Positions 1-10,139 are shown, counted from the stretch's first letter. The stretch is DNA of 34,551 bases from Desulfitobacterium sp. (GCA_012799495.1 JAAZLD010000186.1:1-34551); one strand, 5' to 3'. Notes: a model not told the origin generated them from the letters alone. Made by a program: numbers and translations.

Positions 1-156
1 CATCGAGTAGATAATCCGCCGATGAACGGGCTTAAGCCCGTCCCGCACATCAGGAACTGCTCTTTGGAGAATTACATGTTTTGAATAACCTAAAAAACTC
101 TCTGGTAGCACTTCTTCTAAAGAGCGCTGGATTATATTTTCTTCAAGAATACTCAT
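1..156 (-). CDS. parC: Type IIA DNA topoisomerase subunit A (ParC/GyrA family), N-terminus only; runs off the window
   Basis: Not in the ORF track. Manual translation from ATG at 156: [52 protein letters not shown], containing the [16 protein letters not shown] signature. RBS GAGGTG upstream; directly follows the B subunit. parC versus gyrA is inferred. Confidence 0.9.
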   Translation of the reverse strand, partial: MSILEENIIQRSLEEVLPESFLGYSKHVILQRAVPDVRDGLKPVHRRIIYSM

Positions 157-176
157 TCTTTCACCTCAATAACTTA

Positions 177-2114
177 CTACATATCATCTTCTGTAAATAC
201 AATATTCTCCATAAGGAATTCCCGACGGGGATCCACCTTATCGCTCATCAAGATTTTTAACTTTCGCTCCGCTTCTAAAGCATCGTCAATAGTTACTTGA
301 ATCATTCGACGATTAGCAGGGTTCAAGGTAGTCTCCCATAATTGGTCTGGGTTCATCTCCCCTAGCCCTTTGTATCTCTGGATTCTAGCATTCCTGCCGA
401 GTTCTTTCAAAGCTTCCTGAAGCTCCTCATCATTATAAGCATAGCGAACTATTTTTCCCCGCTCTCTTTCTATCTTATATAAGGGAGCTTGAGCTATATA
501 AACCCGACCGCTATAGATCAAGGGTCTCATATAACGATAAAAGAAAGTAAGAAGAAGACAGCGTATATGAGCACCATCAATGTCAGCATCAGTCATAATA
601 CAGACCCGAGCATAATTGGATTTTTCCACATCGAATTCTTTACCTACTCCCGCGCCGATGGCTGTAATAATACTACGGATCTCTTCATTTTCTAGAACTT
701 TTTCTACCTTAGCACGATAAGTATTGATTACTTTGCCACGGAGGGGAAGTATAGCCTGGAACCTACGATCTCGCCCAGTTTTGGCTGAACCCCCAGCACT
801 ATCTCCTTCCACAAGAAAGAGCTCATTCCGAGATTTATCTTTTTCACTACATTTGGCTAGCTTTCCGCTTAAGGCTTTAGCTTCCGCATTCCTGGCTTTT
901 CTCCTTAATTCTTTTGCCCTTCTAGCGGCTAGACGCTCTAAGCAAGTGGTTAAAACGCGATTTATAACATCTTTGGCTACAGAAGGGTGTTTCTCAAAGA
1001 AATTACTAAGTCCTTCATTAGTTATGGATTGAACTAGTCCATCCACCTCTGTATTGGATAGCTTGGTTTTAGTCTGTCCTTCGAACTGGGGATCCCGTAC
1101 TTTTACTGATAAGACACAGGTTAGTCCATCTTTTAAATCATCACCAATGAGGTTTTCATTTTTCTTAAAAATATTATTTTTCTTCCCATAAAGATTGAAA
1201 ACCTTAGTTAAGGCCGTGCGAAATCCCGATTCATGGGTTCCCCCCTCATCGGTAGAGATGTTGTTCACATAGGAGCGGAGTTGTTCATCTTCTCCATCGT
1301 TATATTGGATGGCACACTCTAGGATAACCCCTTCTTTTTCTCCTTTAAAATAGATAGGTTTTTTATGTACAGGGTTATATTCTCCTTCTTCATTTAGAAA
1401 TTCCACAAACCCTACAACACCCTTTTTTGCTTGATAGGTTTCCTTTTTGGGTTCCTGGTTTTTATTTGACAAACGATTATCTATTAGATCAATAGTAAGT
1501 CCATTATTAAGAAAAGCCAGCTCCATTAAACGGTTACGTAAGGTCTCGTATTTAAAAGAAGTAGTTTCTTTAAAGATCAAGGGATCCGGTTTAAAGGTTA
1601 TTCTTGTGCCACTACCTTTGATCTTCTTTTTTGTAACATGGAGGTCTTTTTTCAGCTTTCCACCTTTTTCATATTCCAGACGGTATAATTTACCGTCCCG
1701 ACTTATTTCTACATTTAAAAATTCGGAGAGGGCATTAACTACACTTGCCCCCACACCATGGAGTCCCCCTGAGGTCTTATACACTTGACCATCAAATTTT
1801 CCACCAGCATGAAGTTGTTCAAAAGCTAGCCGGACTGCGGGGATTTGTTTTTCAGGATGAAGATCTACGGGAATACCCCGGCCATTATCTTCTACAGTTA
1901 ATGAGCCATCTTCATTTAAAGTAACTTTTATATGTGTACAAAAACCTGCCCCTGCTTCATCGATAGCATTATCGATAATTTCCCAGGCACAATGGTGTAA
2001 ACCTTTACTACTAATAGAACCAATATACATTCCTGGCCGTTTACGAACAGCCTCTAACCCCTCAAGAACCTGGATGGATTTAGCATCATATCCAGAATTA
2101 TTATCAATGGACAA
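177..2114 (-). CDS. parE: Type IIA DNA topoisomerase subunit B (ParE/GyrB family), probably topoisomerase IV
   Basis: LEGLEAVRKRPGMYIG, EIIDNAIDE, GGLHGVGASVVNALS, EGDSAGG, PLRGK, MTDADIDGAHI and QRYKGLGEMN motifs. TTG start with GGGAGG RBS. Not preceded by recF/dnaN, which favours parE over gyrB. Confidence 0.9.
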   Translation of the reverse strand: MSIDNNSGYDAKSIQVLEGLEAVRKRPGMYIGSISSKGLHHCAWEIIDNAIDEAGAGFCTHIKVTLNEDGSLTVEDNGRGIPVDLHPEKQIPAVRLAFEQLHAGGKFDGQVYKTSGGLHGVGASVVNALSEFLNVEISRDGKLYRLEYEKGGKLKKDLHVTKKKIKGSGTRITFKPDPLIFKETTSFKYETLRNRLMELAFLNNGLTIDLIDNRLSNKNQEPKKETYQAKKGVVGFVEFLNEEGEYNPVHKKPIYFKGEKEGVILECAIQYNDGEDEQLRSYVNNISTDEGGTHESGFRTALTKVFNLYGKKNNIFKKNENLIGDDLKDGLTCVLSVKVRDPQFEGQTKTKLSNTEVDGLVQSITNEGLSNFFEKHPSVAKDVINRVLTTCLERLAARRAKELRRKARNAEAKALSGKLAKCSEKDKSRNELFLVEGDSAGGSAKTGRDRRFQAILPLRGKVINTYRAKVEKVLENEEIRSIITAIGAGVGKEFDVEKSNYARVCIMTDADIDGAHIRCLLLTFFYRYMRPLIYSGRVYIAQAPLYKIERERGKIVRYAYNDEELQEALKELGRNARIQRYKGLGEMNPDQLWETTLNPANRRMIQVTIDDALEAERKLKILMSDKVDPRREFLMENIVFTEDDM

Positions 2115-2152
2115 AAATATTTCCTCCCTTTCTAAGCAATAGCTCGTCCTAT

Positions 2153-2161
2153 ATTATACCA
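2153..2161 (-). promoter_or_regulatory. Extended -10 (TGgTATAAT) upstream of the topoisomerase genes
   Basis: Exact TGnTATAAT about 40 nt upstream of the start codon. Confidence 0.5.
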
Positions 2162-2295
2162 TAGAGTTTTTTCATGGAGTATTTTTCTCTTAAATCGCAA
2201 AAACTAGTCATTTACTGCCATTATTCATAATCCGAAAATATTTTGAGACCTTTGTCCTATTTTTCAATAAGAGTACTAAAATAGGAAGAAAATTA

Positions 2296-2304
2296 TGATA
2301 TAAT
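2296..2304 (+). promoter_or_regulatory. Extended -10 (TGaTATAAT) upstream of the amidase
   Basis: Exact TGnTATAAT in the divergent intergenic region. Confidence 0.5.
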
Positions 2305-2365
2305 CGACATAAAAATAATGGATAAGATCACAAAATCAATAAAAAGAATGAGAGAGGATGAAATA

Positions 2366-4948
2366 GTGAAAAAATTACTTTTTACTTTATTTGCTTCATT
2401 TACCATGCTACTAAGTGCTTCTTCCATCATCGAAGCAAGTCCTTTAGCTTATCCTGTTGAAAGAATTTCCGGGCAAGATCGTGTTGAAACTGCCCTTAGT
2501 ATATCTCAAAAAGGCTGGACCACAGCTGATACTGTTATTCTTTGTGAGTATAACGATTATCCAGATTCTATCGCCTCTACTCCTTTTGCTGTAAGTGTAA
2601 ATGCACCTATCCTCCTTACTAACGGCACTAATTTAGACTCACGGGTAAAGGCAGAAATCCAACGTTTACAACCTAGTAAAATCATTTTGCTAGGAGGTAC
2701 AGGAGTCCTTAAACCTACAATTGAAGAAGAAATAAGTAGTTATGGATTTGTTCTAGAAGTGGAACGGATCGGTGGTAATAATCGTTACGAAACATCCGTT
2801 CTGCTAGCCAAGAAAATATCTAATTCGACAGTTATCTTAGCTAATGGAGATGACTTTCCAGATGCTTTGTCTGCGGCAAGCTATGCAGGATTTCAACAGA
2901 TTCCGATTGTTCTAACTTCCAAAAAGCTCCCTCAAGCTGTATTAGATTACCTTAACGAAGTACAACCTAGTGAAATCATCGCCGTAGGCGGTGAAAGTGT
3001 TATTCCTACCGAGAGCTTAACTGAACACAACTTCACTATTCATACCCGTTTAGGGGGAAATAACCGCTATGAAACAAATGCCGCTGTAGTTAAACATGTG
3101 CAAGACCTTTATGGGACAGATGATCTCTTTTTAGCTTCAGGGATTACCTTTCCTGATGCTGTAGCAGGGACTGTTCTGGCAGCTAAATATAAGGCCCCCC
3201 TCTTGCTTACTGAAAAAGAAGATATCCCGATACCCATCTATACATACATGCGGGAACATATGAAAGTGGAACCTCCTCGCAGAGATAATTCCGATAATAA
3301 TACCGGGAATAATCCTCCTGGCCAAGGAGTTAAAGAGGCAAAAGTTAAGCCTACAGGTGGCTTGAATTTAAGAAGTACCCCTTCCTCTTCCGGAGAAAGG
3401 TTAGCTATAGTTCCTCATAACACAGTTATTAAAGTTCTGGCTGAGGAAAATGGCTGGGTAAAAACTACTTATGCAGGGACTACTGGTTGGCTTGCTAGCG
3501 AGTATCTAACTTTTTTAAATAGTGACTCTAATAATTCCAATGACAGTTCAAATAATACTTCCTCCCCAGCAAAGACAAAGGCAAAGGTCAATCCCACAGG
3601 TGGTTTGAACCTGCGAAGTACTCCCTCTTCTTCTGGAGAAAAGTTAACTACTGTTCCCCATAATACAGTAATTGAAGTTCTAGCTGAAGAAAACGGTTGG
3701 GTCAAAACCTCTTATGAAGAGTATACAGGCTGGCTATCAGGAGACTATCTTACATTTTTAGAAACTGAGAAACCACCAGTTTCTGGAGTAGTCACGGCTA
3801 ATGGTCTTAACCTTCGCTCTACCCCTTCCTCTTCAGGAGAAGTAATAGAGACCATCCCTAAAAACACCACTATTAAAATCCTCCAGGAGCAAGGAGAGTG
3901 GTATAAAGTAGAGTATGATTCTCAAACAGGTTGGGTAGCTAAGGCTTATGTCCAGCTGCAAGAGGAAGGGACCAAAGGTAAAGCTGAGGAGGAAACAGAA
4001 CAAAAAAGCGGAGACTCAAAGGAAGAGACAAGTAGAGGAACACTTCCACCTGAAGAAAATCTCCCTCCCTATATTGAGGACCCAACAGTTGATTTAACTA
4101 TCAACGGTAAAGTATATATACTAGGTGGAGAAGGTGTTATTAGCACTAAAGCTCAATCTATTATTGAAGGTAAAACTCTTTCCAAATATAAGGAAAATAA
4201 TCGCCAGTTCCCTCCCCTTCCACCAAAATTAAAGGATGATAATCCACCTTCACGAGGAGATGGACCGGAAATTCCAAGTATCCCAGAGCCTCCCTCCTAT
4301 GATCCAGATTCGGAGGTTTGGGTAGACCCCTTCGCTGAGGTTCCCAGGGACTCCCTGCAAGGAAAGGTTATTATTCTCGACCCCGGTCATGGTGGACCTG
4401 ATAGCGGTGCCGTGGGGTATTCTGGAACCTATGAAAAAAATTATACTTTGGCAATTGGCCTAGCTTTAAGGGATATTCTAATTGAAGCAGGTGCGGAAGT
4501 GATTATGACTAGAGATGGCGACTACTCTCCTGCAGCAAATTTCACAGAACTAGAAGATTTAAAAGCTCGGGTTGCTAAAGCAAATGCATATCCTGAGGCT
4601 GATCTCTTTATAAGTATTCATAACGACGCCTTCACAAATCCTGACCCTGAAGGTACCTCTGTTTTTTACTCATCAGCTCATCCAAAGGTTCATGAAAGTA
4701 TGCATTTGGCAAGTAGCATTAAAAACGCTCTGGTTCCCCTTTTAGAAACTAAAGATCGAGGAGTAAGAGCAGCCAATTTTTATGTCATCCGGCATACTAC
4801 GATACCATCGGCTTTAGTAGAAGTTGCTTTTATCTCCAACCCCATCGAAGAGCAACGGCTTCAAAACCCAACCTTCCAACACAATGCTGCAGTGGGTATC
4901 TACCATGGGATCTATAAATACTTTAATACACCTATCCCAAGACCTTAG
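2366..4948 (+). CDS. Secreted N-acetylmuramoyl-L-alanine amidase with 3 cell-wall-binding-2 repeats, 3 bacterial SH3 domains and a C-terminal Amidase_3 domain
   Basis: Signal peptide KKLLFTLF...IIEA from in-frame GTG 2366 with GAGGA RBS (the track starts at 2318). RIxGxxRxET, DxPDA and PILLT repeats; LNLRSTPS...W...GW SH3b repeats; amidase motifs ILDPGHGG, EK, SIHND, LVEVAFISN. Confidence 0.9.
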   Translation: MKKLLFTLFASFTMLLSASSIIEASPLAYPVERISGQDRVETALSISQKGWTTADTVILCEYNDYPDSIASTPFAVSVNAPILLTNGTNLDSRVKAEIQRLQPSKIILLGGTGVLKPTIEEEISSYGFVLEVERIGGNNRYETSVLLAKKISNSTVILANGDDFPDALSAASYAGFQQIPIVLTSKKLPQAVLDYLNEVQPSEIIAVGGESVIPTESLTEHNFTIHTRLGGNNRYETNAAVVKHVQDLYGTDDLFLASGITFPDAVAGTVLAAKYKAPLLLTEKEDIPIPIYTYMREHMKVEPPRRDNSDNNTGNNPPGQGVKEAKVKPTGGLNLRSTPSSSGERLAIVPHNTVIKVLAEENGWVKTTYAGTTGWLASEYLTFLNSDSNNSNDSSNNTSSPAKTKAKVNPTGGLNLRSTPSSSGEKLTTVPHNTVIEVLAEENGWVKTSYEEYTGWLSGDYLTFLETEKPPVSGVVTANGLNLRSTPSSSGEVIETIPKNTTIKILQEQGEWYKVEYDSQTGWVAKAYVQLQEEGTKGKAEEETEQKSGDSKEETSRGTLPPEENLPPYIEDPTVDLTINGKVYILGGEGVISTKAQSIIEGKTLSKYKENNRQFPPLPPKLKDDNPPSRGDGPEIPSIPEPPSYDPDSEVWVDPFAEVPRDSLQGKVIILDPGHGGPDSGAVGYSGTYEKNYTLAIGLALRDILIEAGAEVIMTRDGDYSPAANFTELEDLKARVAKANAYPEADLFISIHNDAFTNPDPEGTSVFYSSAHPKVHESMHLASSIKNALVPLLETKDRGVRAANFYVIRHTTIPSALVEVAFISNPIEEQRLQNPTFQHNAAVGIYHGIYKYFNTPIPRP
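3338..3955 (+). repeat. Three intragenic SH3b repeats
   Basis: Copies 1 and 2 (starting 3338 and 3581, 243 nt apart) are near-identical in protein (AKVxPTGGLNLRSTPSSSGE...VPHNTVIxVLAEENGWVKTxY); copy 3 near 3787 is more diverged. Confidence 0.85.
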
Positions 4949-4993
4949 ATTTCTAGACTTAAGATTATAAACCATAGATTCCGCGACTGTGAA

Positions 4994-5023
4994 ACCCCCT
5001 TGGAAATCCAAGGGGGTCTTCTT
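4994..5023. terminator. Intrinsic terminator between the convergent amidase and zupT
   Basis: Inverted repeat acccccttgga/tccaagggggt followed by cttctt. Confidence 0.8.
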
Positions 5024-5057
5024 ATGTTCTAAACAGATATATACTTGTTAATTGTTC

Positions 5058-5843
5058 TTAAGAAATAAAAATATGACTTAAAGGCATAATTACTATTCCA
5101 GCTAAGGTAGCAAATAAGGCCAAGCGGGGATGGCCGTATTGACGTGAGGATGGAATTAATTCTTCGATAGCAATATAAATCATAATCCCTGCTACTAAAG
5201 CAAAAATTGCACCTAAATTAAAAGGGTTGATAAAAGGCCTGAGGATCAAGAAAGCTATTGAAGCTCCTAAAGGCTCGGCCATACCTGAGATAAAGGTATA
5301 CTTAAAAGCTTCTCTTACCTTTCCAGTTGCGTAAAATAAAGGTAAGGCAACAGCGATTCCTTCCGGTATATTATGCATACTAATAGCTATTGCAATGGAT
5401 ATCCCCATGGATAAATCGTCATATCCTGCAGCAAAGGTAGCAATTCCCTCTGGAAAATTATGAATCATAATCCCTAACATGGAGACAAAACCCACTCGGT
5501 AGAGATTTTGGTGGGGTTTATCCCTCTCTCCTGGTTCTGGGCTTTCATGGGGGACAAGGTAATCAATACCTAAGGCAATAAGAATTCCTAAAAGTAAGAA
5601 TATTACTGCCAGTAAAATACCCCATCGTTCACCTGCATGCCCTTGAAGAGATGCCTGACTTTCTGTCCAAAGATCTAAAAATGATACGGAAAGCATGACA
5701 CCTGCGGCAAAACCTAAAGACGCGGAAAGAATTTTTTCATTTTTACGGGAACCTGTAAAGAAAATAATTAAAGCACCTAAAATTGTAGATGCTCCAGCTA
5801 TAAAGGATAGTAATAAAGCTATTAGGGCTTGTTCCTCGAACAT
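5058..5843 (-). CDS. zupT: ZIP-family divalent metal (zinc) transporter
   Basis: SLGFAAGVM, IHNFPEG and MHNIPEG motifs; multiple hydrophobic segments. Confidence 0.9.
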   Translation of the reverse strand: MFEEQALIALLLSFIAGASTILGALIIFFTGSRKNEKILSASLGFAAGVMLSVSFLDLWTESQASLQGHAGERWGILLAVIFLLLGILIALGIDYLVPHESPEPGERDKPHQNLYRVGFVSMLGIMIHNFPEGIATFAAGYDDLSMGISIAIAISMHNIPEGIAVALPLFYATGKVREAFKYTFISGMAEPLGASIAFLILRPFINPFNLGAIFALVAGIMIYIAIEELIPSSRQYGHPRLALFATLAGIVIMPLSHIFIS

Positions 5844-5960
5844 TTCCCACTCTCCTGTTTTAGTTATATGACATATTGTTATTTCTAAGACTACATGGGA
5901 TGTATGTATATTTCTATTCCATTTAGCCTTATTCTATATAAATATTGTCCAAAGAGCAAC

Positions 5961-6030
5961 AAAAAAACTACTCCGCAGCAGGAGTTAGAATTCCTCAACT
6001 CTAACTCCCGGCAACAAGTAGTTCTTTTTT
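5961..6030 (-). terminator. Long imperfect hairpin/terminator downstream of the DUF438 gene
   Basis: aactact...ggagttaga / tctaactcc...agtagtt flanked by A and T runs. Confidence 0.6.
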
Positions 6031-6049
6031 ATATTTAAATTTAAAACAC

Positions 6050-7282
6050 TTATTCAGAAACTAGCCTTTTTTCGCCAGTGATTTCCTGTATGGGCTTAAT
6101 ATCTTGGCTAACTTCCATAATACCTAGGAATTCTCCATATTTATTTCGTACGGCGTAATAGCTGATTAAAGCGTAAATTCCATTTCTCATTTTAATCCAG
6201 AAGTCCTCGTGATCTTTTTTTCCTGTGCGGAGATCTTCAACGATTTTCTCTACTATATGAACACTTGCTGGTGGGTGACAATTTTCTACATCCCGGCCAA
6301 GTACTGTTTTAGGACGAGCAAAAATTCGTTCTTTACCTTGTGTAAAGTATTTTACCCTACCGTCTGCACCTACAAAAGTAATATCTAGAGGCAAAGTGTT
6401 CATAATTGCATTGATTTCCTCTGGAAGAAGTCTTCCAGCATCAAATTCTACATAACCCTCATGATTAGGCCCTTCTGGAGAATCTTTTTCGTCATTTTCA
6501 TCTTGAGGTGCATGCCAAACTCCTTGAGGTTCAATTAAGCAAAAGCCAATTTCAGAACTGGATTTGGAGATTTCTTCCCACTCTCTTTTAGAGAAGGTTT
6601 CCAAAACCATTGGGAAAAGAATATTTTCTTCCTTAAAGATCATATCCTTGACCCGTTCTACGGCTTCCTTAGTTTTCTCTACTAGAACAGCTTTGTTAGG
6701 GGCTTTGCTTGCTAAAATTTCTCGAACTTCTTTAATATCAGCTCGGATTTCATCATCTACTGCCCACATAACTTTTGGTGGAGTAGTAATTTCGTGTTTT
6801 TCCATGATGGGGAAGAGAAGATTTTCTTTACGGCTATAATGTTTATCGATTTCCCAGAGCTTGTCGATTGCTTCTCTTAAAGTAGCTAATGCTTCTTGAT
6901 TTTCATTAGTTTCATATTCCTCTACCTCTGGGATAATAACATTATCGATCAATGATTCAAGAGCTTTATTTTCGAGACGGAAGATATGAATAGGATGCCC
7001 TGGTTGTTCTTCGGATTTATCAGTGTGGATTTCTTCTACAGAAGTTCCTAGGACCTCGGCATGGACATCACAAAGGCGCTGAATTTCTTCTACAGGCATC
7101 CCCTCATCCACAAGAGCATGTTCCATATCAGAAATTTCTGTAGCTGATAAGCCTTCAATAAGATTTCCAAAGCGTTCTTTAACATCATCTACAGATTTTC
7201 CAGCATGTAATTCTAAGATAAGTTCCTTTAAAATTTGTTGTCTTTTTTCCCGGTTATTGATTAATTCACTCATCTTCTTCAC
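6050..7282 (-). CDS. DUF438 / hemerythrin-like / PAS domain protein
   Basis: LHAG...RLCDVHA N-terminus; GHPIH..ENK, HYSRKENLLFP and MIFKEENILFP hemerythrin-like motifs; C-terminal PAS with DITFV and NCHPP. Confidence 0.85.
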   Translation of the reverse strand: MKKMSELINNREKRQQILKELILELHAGKSVDDVKERFGNLIEGLSATEISDMEHALVDEGMPVEEIQRLCDVHAEVLGTSVEEIHTDKSEEQPGHPIHIFRLENKALESLIDNVIIPEVEEYETNENQEALATLREAIDKLWEIDKHYSRKENLLFPIMEKHEITTPPKVMWAVDDEIRADIKEVREILASKAPNKAVLVEKTKEAVERVKDMIFKEENILFPMVLETFSKREWEEISKSSSEIGFCLIEPQGVWHAPQDENDEKDSPEGPNHEGYVEFDAGRLLPEEINAIMNTLPLDITFVGADGRVKYFTQGKERIFARPKTVLGRDVENCHPPASVHIVEKIVEDLRTGKKDHEDFWIKMRNGIYALISYYAVRNKYGEFLGIMEVSQDIKPIQEITGEKRLVSE

Positions 7283-7284
7283 TC

Positions 7285-7524
7285 CTATTCAATAATTGCA
7301 AAGCCTTTTTCTCTAAAGGTTTCTTTAATACGCTCCAAGGGAATTTTCTTCAAGGTGGCTCCTTTAGGGATAGTCATGAAACGACCAGCAGTATTAAGCA
7401 TTCCTGGATTGGCAATTTCTTTAAAGCCTATTTCTTTCATAATTTCAATTACTTCAGGATAGGTTGTACATATTTCATGGACTGATTTCGATAAGTCAAT
7501 AGTTTTCTTTAATTTGGTTTTCAT
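7285..7524 (-). CDS. DUF1858 domain protein
   Basis: IDLSKSVHEICTTYPEVIEIMKEIGF...GRFMTI pattern; 2 nt from the DUF438 gene; strong GGAGG RBS. Confidence 0.8.
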   Translation of the reverse strand: MKTKLKKTIDLSKSVHEICTTYPEVIEIMKEIGFKEIANPGMLNTAGRFMTIPKGATLKKIPLERIKETFREKGFAIIE

Positions 7525-7731
7525 AAAGTCACTCTCCTCCCAAAGTTACTTTCTTTAAGGATTCATCTACTTTAAGTACTTCATTTAAAATACATCTATA
7601 ATAAGTGTTTTCCTAAAGTTCTTATCATTGACTATATCTTATAGGTTAGTATGTAAGAATGCTGTGATTTCACTCATGATTTAAAATAATTTAAATCACT
7701 TTCCACCATGATTTACCTATAAATTTTTACC

Positions 7732-8394
7732 TTAAATACTTCTTCTTGATTTAAAGTAGTAGATTAAGGAGGTAAGAGCAGCTCCAATAGCACCTAGTAT
7801 TAAATCTGTCAAAGAATCTTCTAATCCTCCCTTAACCATTTTTACTGGAAAAATCAAATCTCCCACAAACTCAAAGATTTCCCAGAGAGTACTTGAGGCT
7901 AAAGAAAAGGCATAAGCAAAAATAGCTATAAGGACAGTATATTTTCTAGCACTTACTTCCTCCTTCCTCTCGAAATGGGGTTTAAGGAGATAAGTACCTA
8001 AGATTACGCCAAAAACCCCAAAAGCTCCGTGGAGTAAGAGATCCCACCACCAAAGGCTTTGGTAAAACCCTTTTATTTCTCCTAAGTACTGGGTGCAAAA
8101 GAGATAAATTAAGGTAAAGAGTTGAAATCCAGGAGGAAGTTGTATTTTAAGACGATTTGCCAGCCAAGTAAAAATAAAAGGTAACACTAATGTGACTATG
8201 GCTAAGGCTATAAGGCCAAGGCTATGCCATTGTTGGACTTGAATAATATCCCAAAGAGAAATTAGGAATATCCCTTCAAAAATCAAGAATACGAATATTG
8301 AGAAAATGCCAGTTTTATTCACACCTAACCTCCGCTTTTTTCTTAGCATCCCCTTTGAGTAGAATTCTAATTCTTGCTTTTTTGTACTCTTCAT
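7732..8394 (-). CDS. Integral membrane protein (DUF2238-like; WWDxxxH and WExxEF motifs)
   Basis: About 6 hydrophobic segments; FY..WWWDLLLH, LWEIFEF, DSLTDL. Confidence 0.65.
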   Translation of the reverse strand: MKSTKKQELEFYSKGMLRKKRRLGVNKTGIFSIFVFLIFEGIFLISLWDIIQVQQWHSLGLIALAIVTLVLPFIFTWLANRLKIQLPPGFQLFTLIYLFCTQYLGEIKGFYQSLWWWDLLLHGAFGVFGVILGTYLLKPHFERKEEVSARKYTVLIAIFAYAFSLASSTLWEIFEFVGDLIFPVKMVKGGLEDSLTDLILGAIGAALTSLIYYFKSRRSI

Positions 8395-8553
8395 TTCTTA
8401 CAGCCTCACTTTTAACAAACTTCATTTTATACTTTTTTCTTGTTTAATTTCCTGTTCCTTTTACGTTCTTTTCTTTTACAAGAAGCTCTATTAAGGTTAC
8501 AATAGGTGATGTATAATTGTGATGAAAAAGCTACTAGATAAAGGAAGGTAAAA

Positions 8554-9774
8554 ATGTCTAAGGAAAACTTATCCGGCAATATTGATGACATCCAGGAAAA
8601 TCCCTTTCTTAACCATGAAAATATAACTCGCTTGCAGTTAGGAGATAAAGAAATCATCCTCATTGGCACAGCCCATGTATCCAAACAAAGTGCACAGTTA
8701 GTAAAAGAGGTTATTGAATGGGAAAAGCCCGATACGGTCTGTATCGAGCTAGATGAACAACGCTATAAGTCCATTACTGAAGGAGAAAAGTGGAAAGACA
8801 CGGATATTTTTAAGATTATTAAAGAAAAAAAAGCCACTCTTTTGCTAATAAACTTAGCCCTTTCTTCTTTTCAAAAACGCTTGGCCAAAGAATTTGGTAC
8901 AAATGCTGGCCAGGAAATGATTCAGGGGATTGAGTCTGCTCAAGAAGTAGGAGCCGAGCTGGTCTTAGCTGACCGGAATATCCAGATTACCTTTTCCCGC
9001 ATTTGGTATAATGTTGGGTTTTGGGGTAAAGCCAAGCTTTTAACGGAGATAATGTTAAGCATCTTGGATGATGAAGAGATTACTGAAGAAGAATTAGAAA
9101 AGCTAAAGAATCAGGACATGCTTAATGGGATTCTCCATGATTTTCGAGAAAAATATCCCCAATTAAAAACCCCTTTAATCGATGAAAGGGATCAGTATTT
9201 AGCCCAAAAAATTAAGGATGCTCCTGGTAATAAGGTGGTAGCTGTTTTAGGTGCGGCTCATATACCGGGAATCACCCAGGAAATCCATCGTGAACACGAT
9301 TTGAACAAACTTAATGAACTCCCCCCTAAGTCCATTGTGCCAAAAATCCTCGGCTGGGCTATTCCACTTTTGATTGTTGCTTTAGTGGTCTTTACTTTTA
9401 ATGCTAATCCAGAAGCTGGTATTCAGCAAACTATGAGCTGGGTTCTTTGGACTGGGAGCCTTGCTGCCTTAGGTACGTCCTTGGCCTTTGCTCATCCTCT
9501 CGCTATCGTCACAGCTTTCTTTGCGGCTCCTTTTGCTGCACTACACCCTTTAATTGCCGCAGGTTGGTTTGCAGGATTTGTCCAGGCTTATTTTCGAAGA
9601 CCTAATGTCCGGGATTTTGAAAACCTCAGTGAGGATATCTTAAGTATTAAAGGTTTTTGGAATAATAAGGTCACCCGGATCCTATTGACTGTAGTTTTTG
9701 CTAACATAGGTAGTTCTATGGGAACCTTTATCGGTGGAGCAGATATTGCTCGTCTCTTTTTCCAAAATCTTTAG
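8554..9774 (+). CDS. TraB/GumN (PrgY, pheromone shutdown) family protein with C-terminal membrane segments
   Basis: IGTAHVS, VCIELDEQR, GQEM, LADR, LIDERD and VLGAAH motifs. Confidence 0.9.
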   Translation: MSKENLSGNIDDIQENPFLNHENITRLQLGDKEIILIGTAHVSKQSAQLVKEVIEWEKPDTVCIELDEQRYKSITEGEKWKDTDIFKIIKEKKATLLLINLALSSFQKRLAKEFGTNAGQEMIQGIESAQEVGAELVLADRNIQITFSRIWYNVGFWGKAKLLTEIMLSILDDEEITEEELEKLKNQDMLNGILHDFREKYPQLKTPLIDERDQYLAQKIKDAPGNKVVAVLGAAHIPGITQEIHREHDLNKLNELPPKSIVPKILGWAIPLLIVALVVFTFNANPEAGIQQTMSWVLWTGSLAALGTSLAFAHPLAIVTAFFAAPFAALHPLIAAGWFAGFVQAYFRRPNVRDFENLSEDILSIKGFWNNKVTRILLTVVFANIGSSMGTFIGGADIARLFFQNL

Positions 9775-9811
9775 TAATAGGAGATATATTAACTAACAAA
9801 ACAAAATAAAC

Positions 9812-9842
9812 AAGTCACGCTTATGAGTAATTAGCGTGACTT
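9812..9842. terminator. Bidirectional intrinsic terminator
   Basis: aagtcacgct/agcgtgactt stem between convergent genes, A-rich left flank and T-rich right flank. Confidence 0.8.
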
Positions 9843-9858
9843 TCCTTTATTCTTGAAG

Positions 9859-10125
9859 CTATTGCCAAGGATCCCTTCTTCCGAATTCCTCATCGAGTTT
9901 TTCTTCTATTTCTTCATCAGTGAGATCGTATTGGCGAGCATATTCTCTTGCCCGCTCACGCTCCTGATAATAGAATTGCCGGCGTCTTTCCCGCTCTTCT
10001 TCCGGATCGAGATTTCTCCTCTTATAGTTACGAATATTTTTGAAAATGGTATAGCTTAAAAGAGAAGTTAATATAAGCATTAAGATACTGGTTATGGGAT
10101 CTCCAAACCCAAAACCGATGATCAT
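9859..10125 (-). CDS. Small single-pass membrane protein of unknown function
   Basis: Start moved to ATG 10125 (GGGGG RBS, no overlap with the carbonic anhydrase). One N-terminal hydrophobic helix and a highly charged tail. Confidence 0.65.
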   Translation of the reverse strand: MIIGFGFGDPITSILMLILTSLLSYTIFKNIRNYKRRNLDPEEERERRRQFYYQERERAREYARQYDLTDEEIEEKLDEEFGRRDPWQ

Positions 10126-10139
10126 AATATAACCCCCAT

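Noticed and set aside
8554-9774. TraB-family gene as evidence of a conjugative element
   Set aside because: TraB/GumN proteins are commonly chromosomal; no relaxase, T4SS or integrase genes are present.
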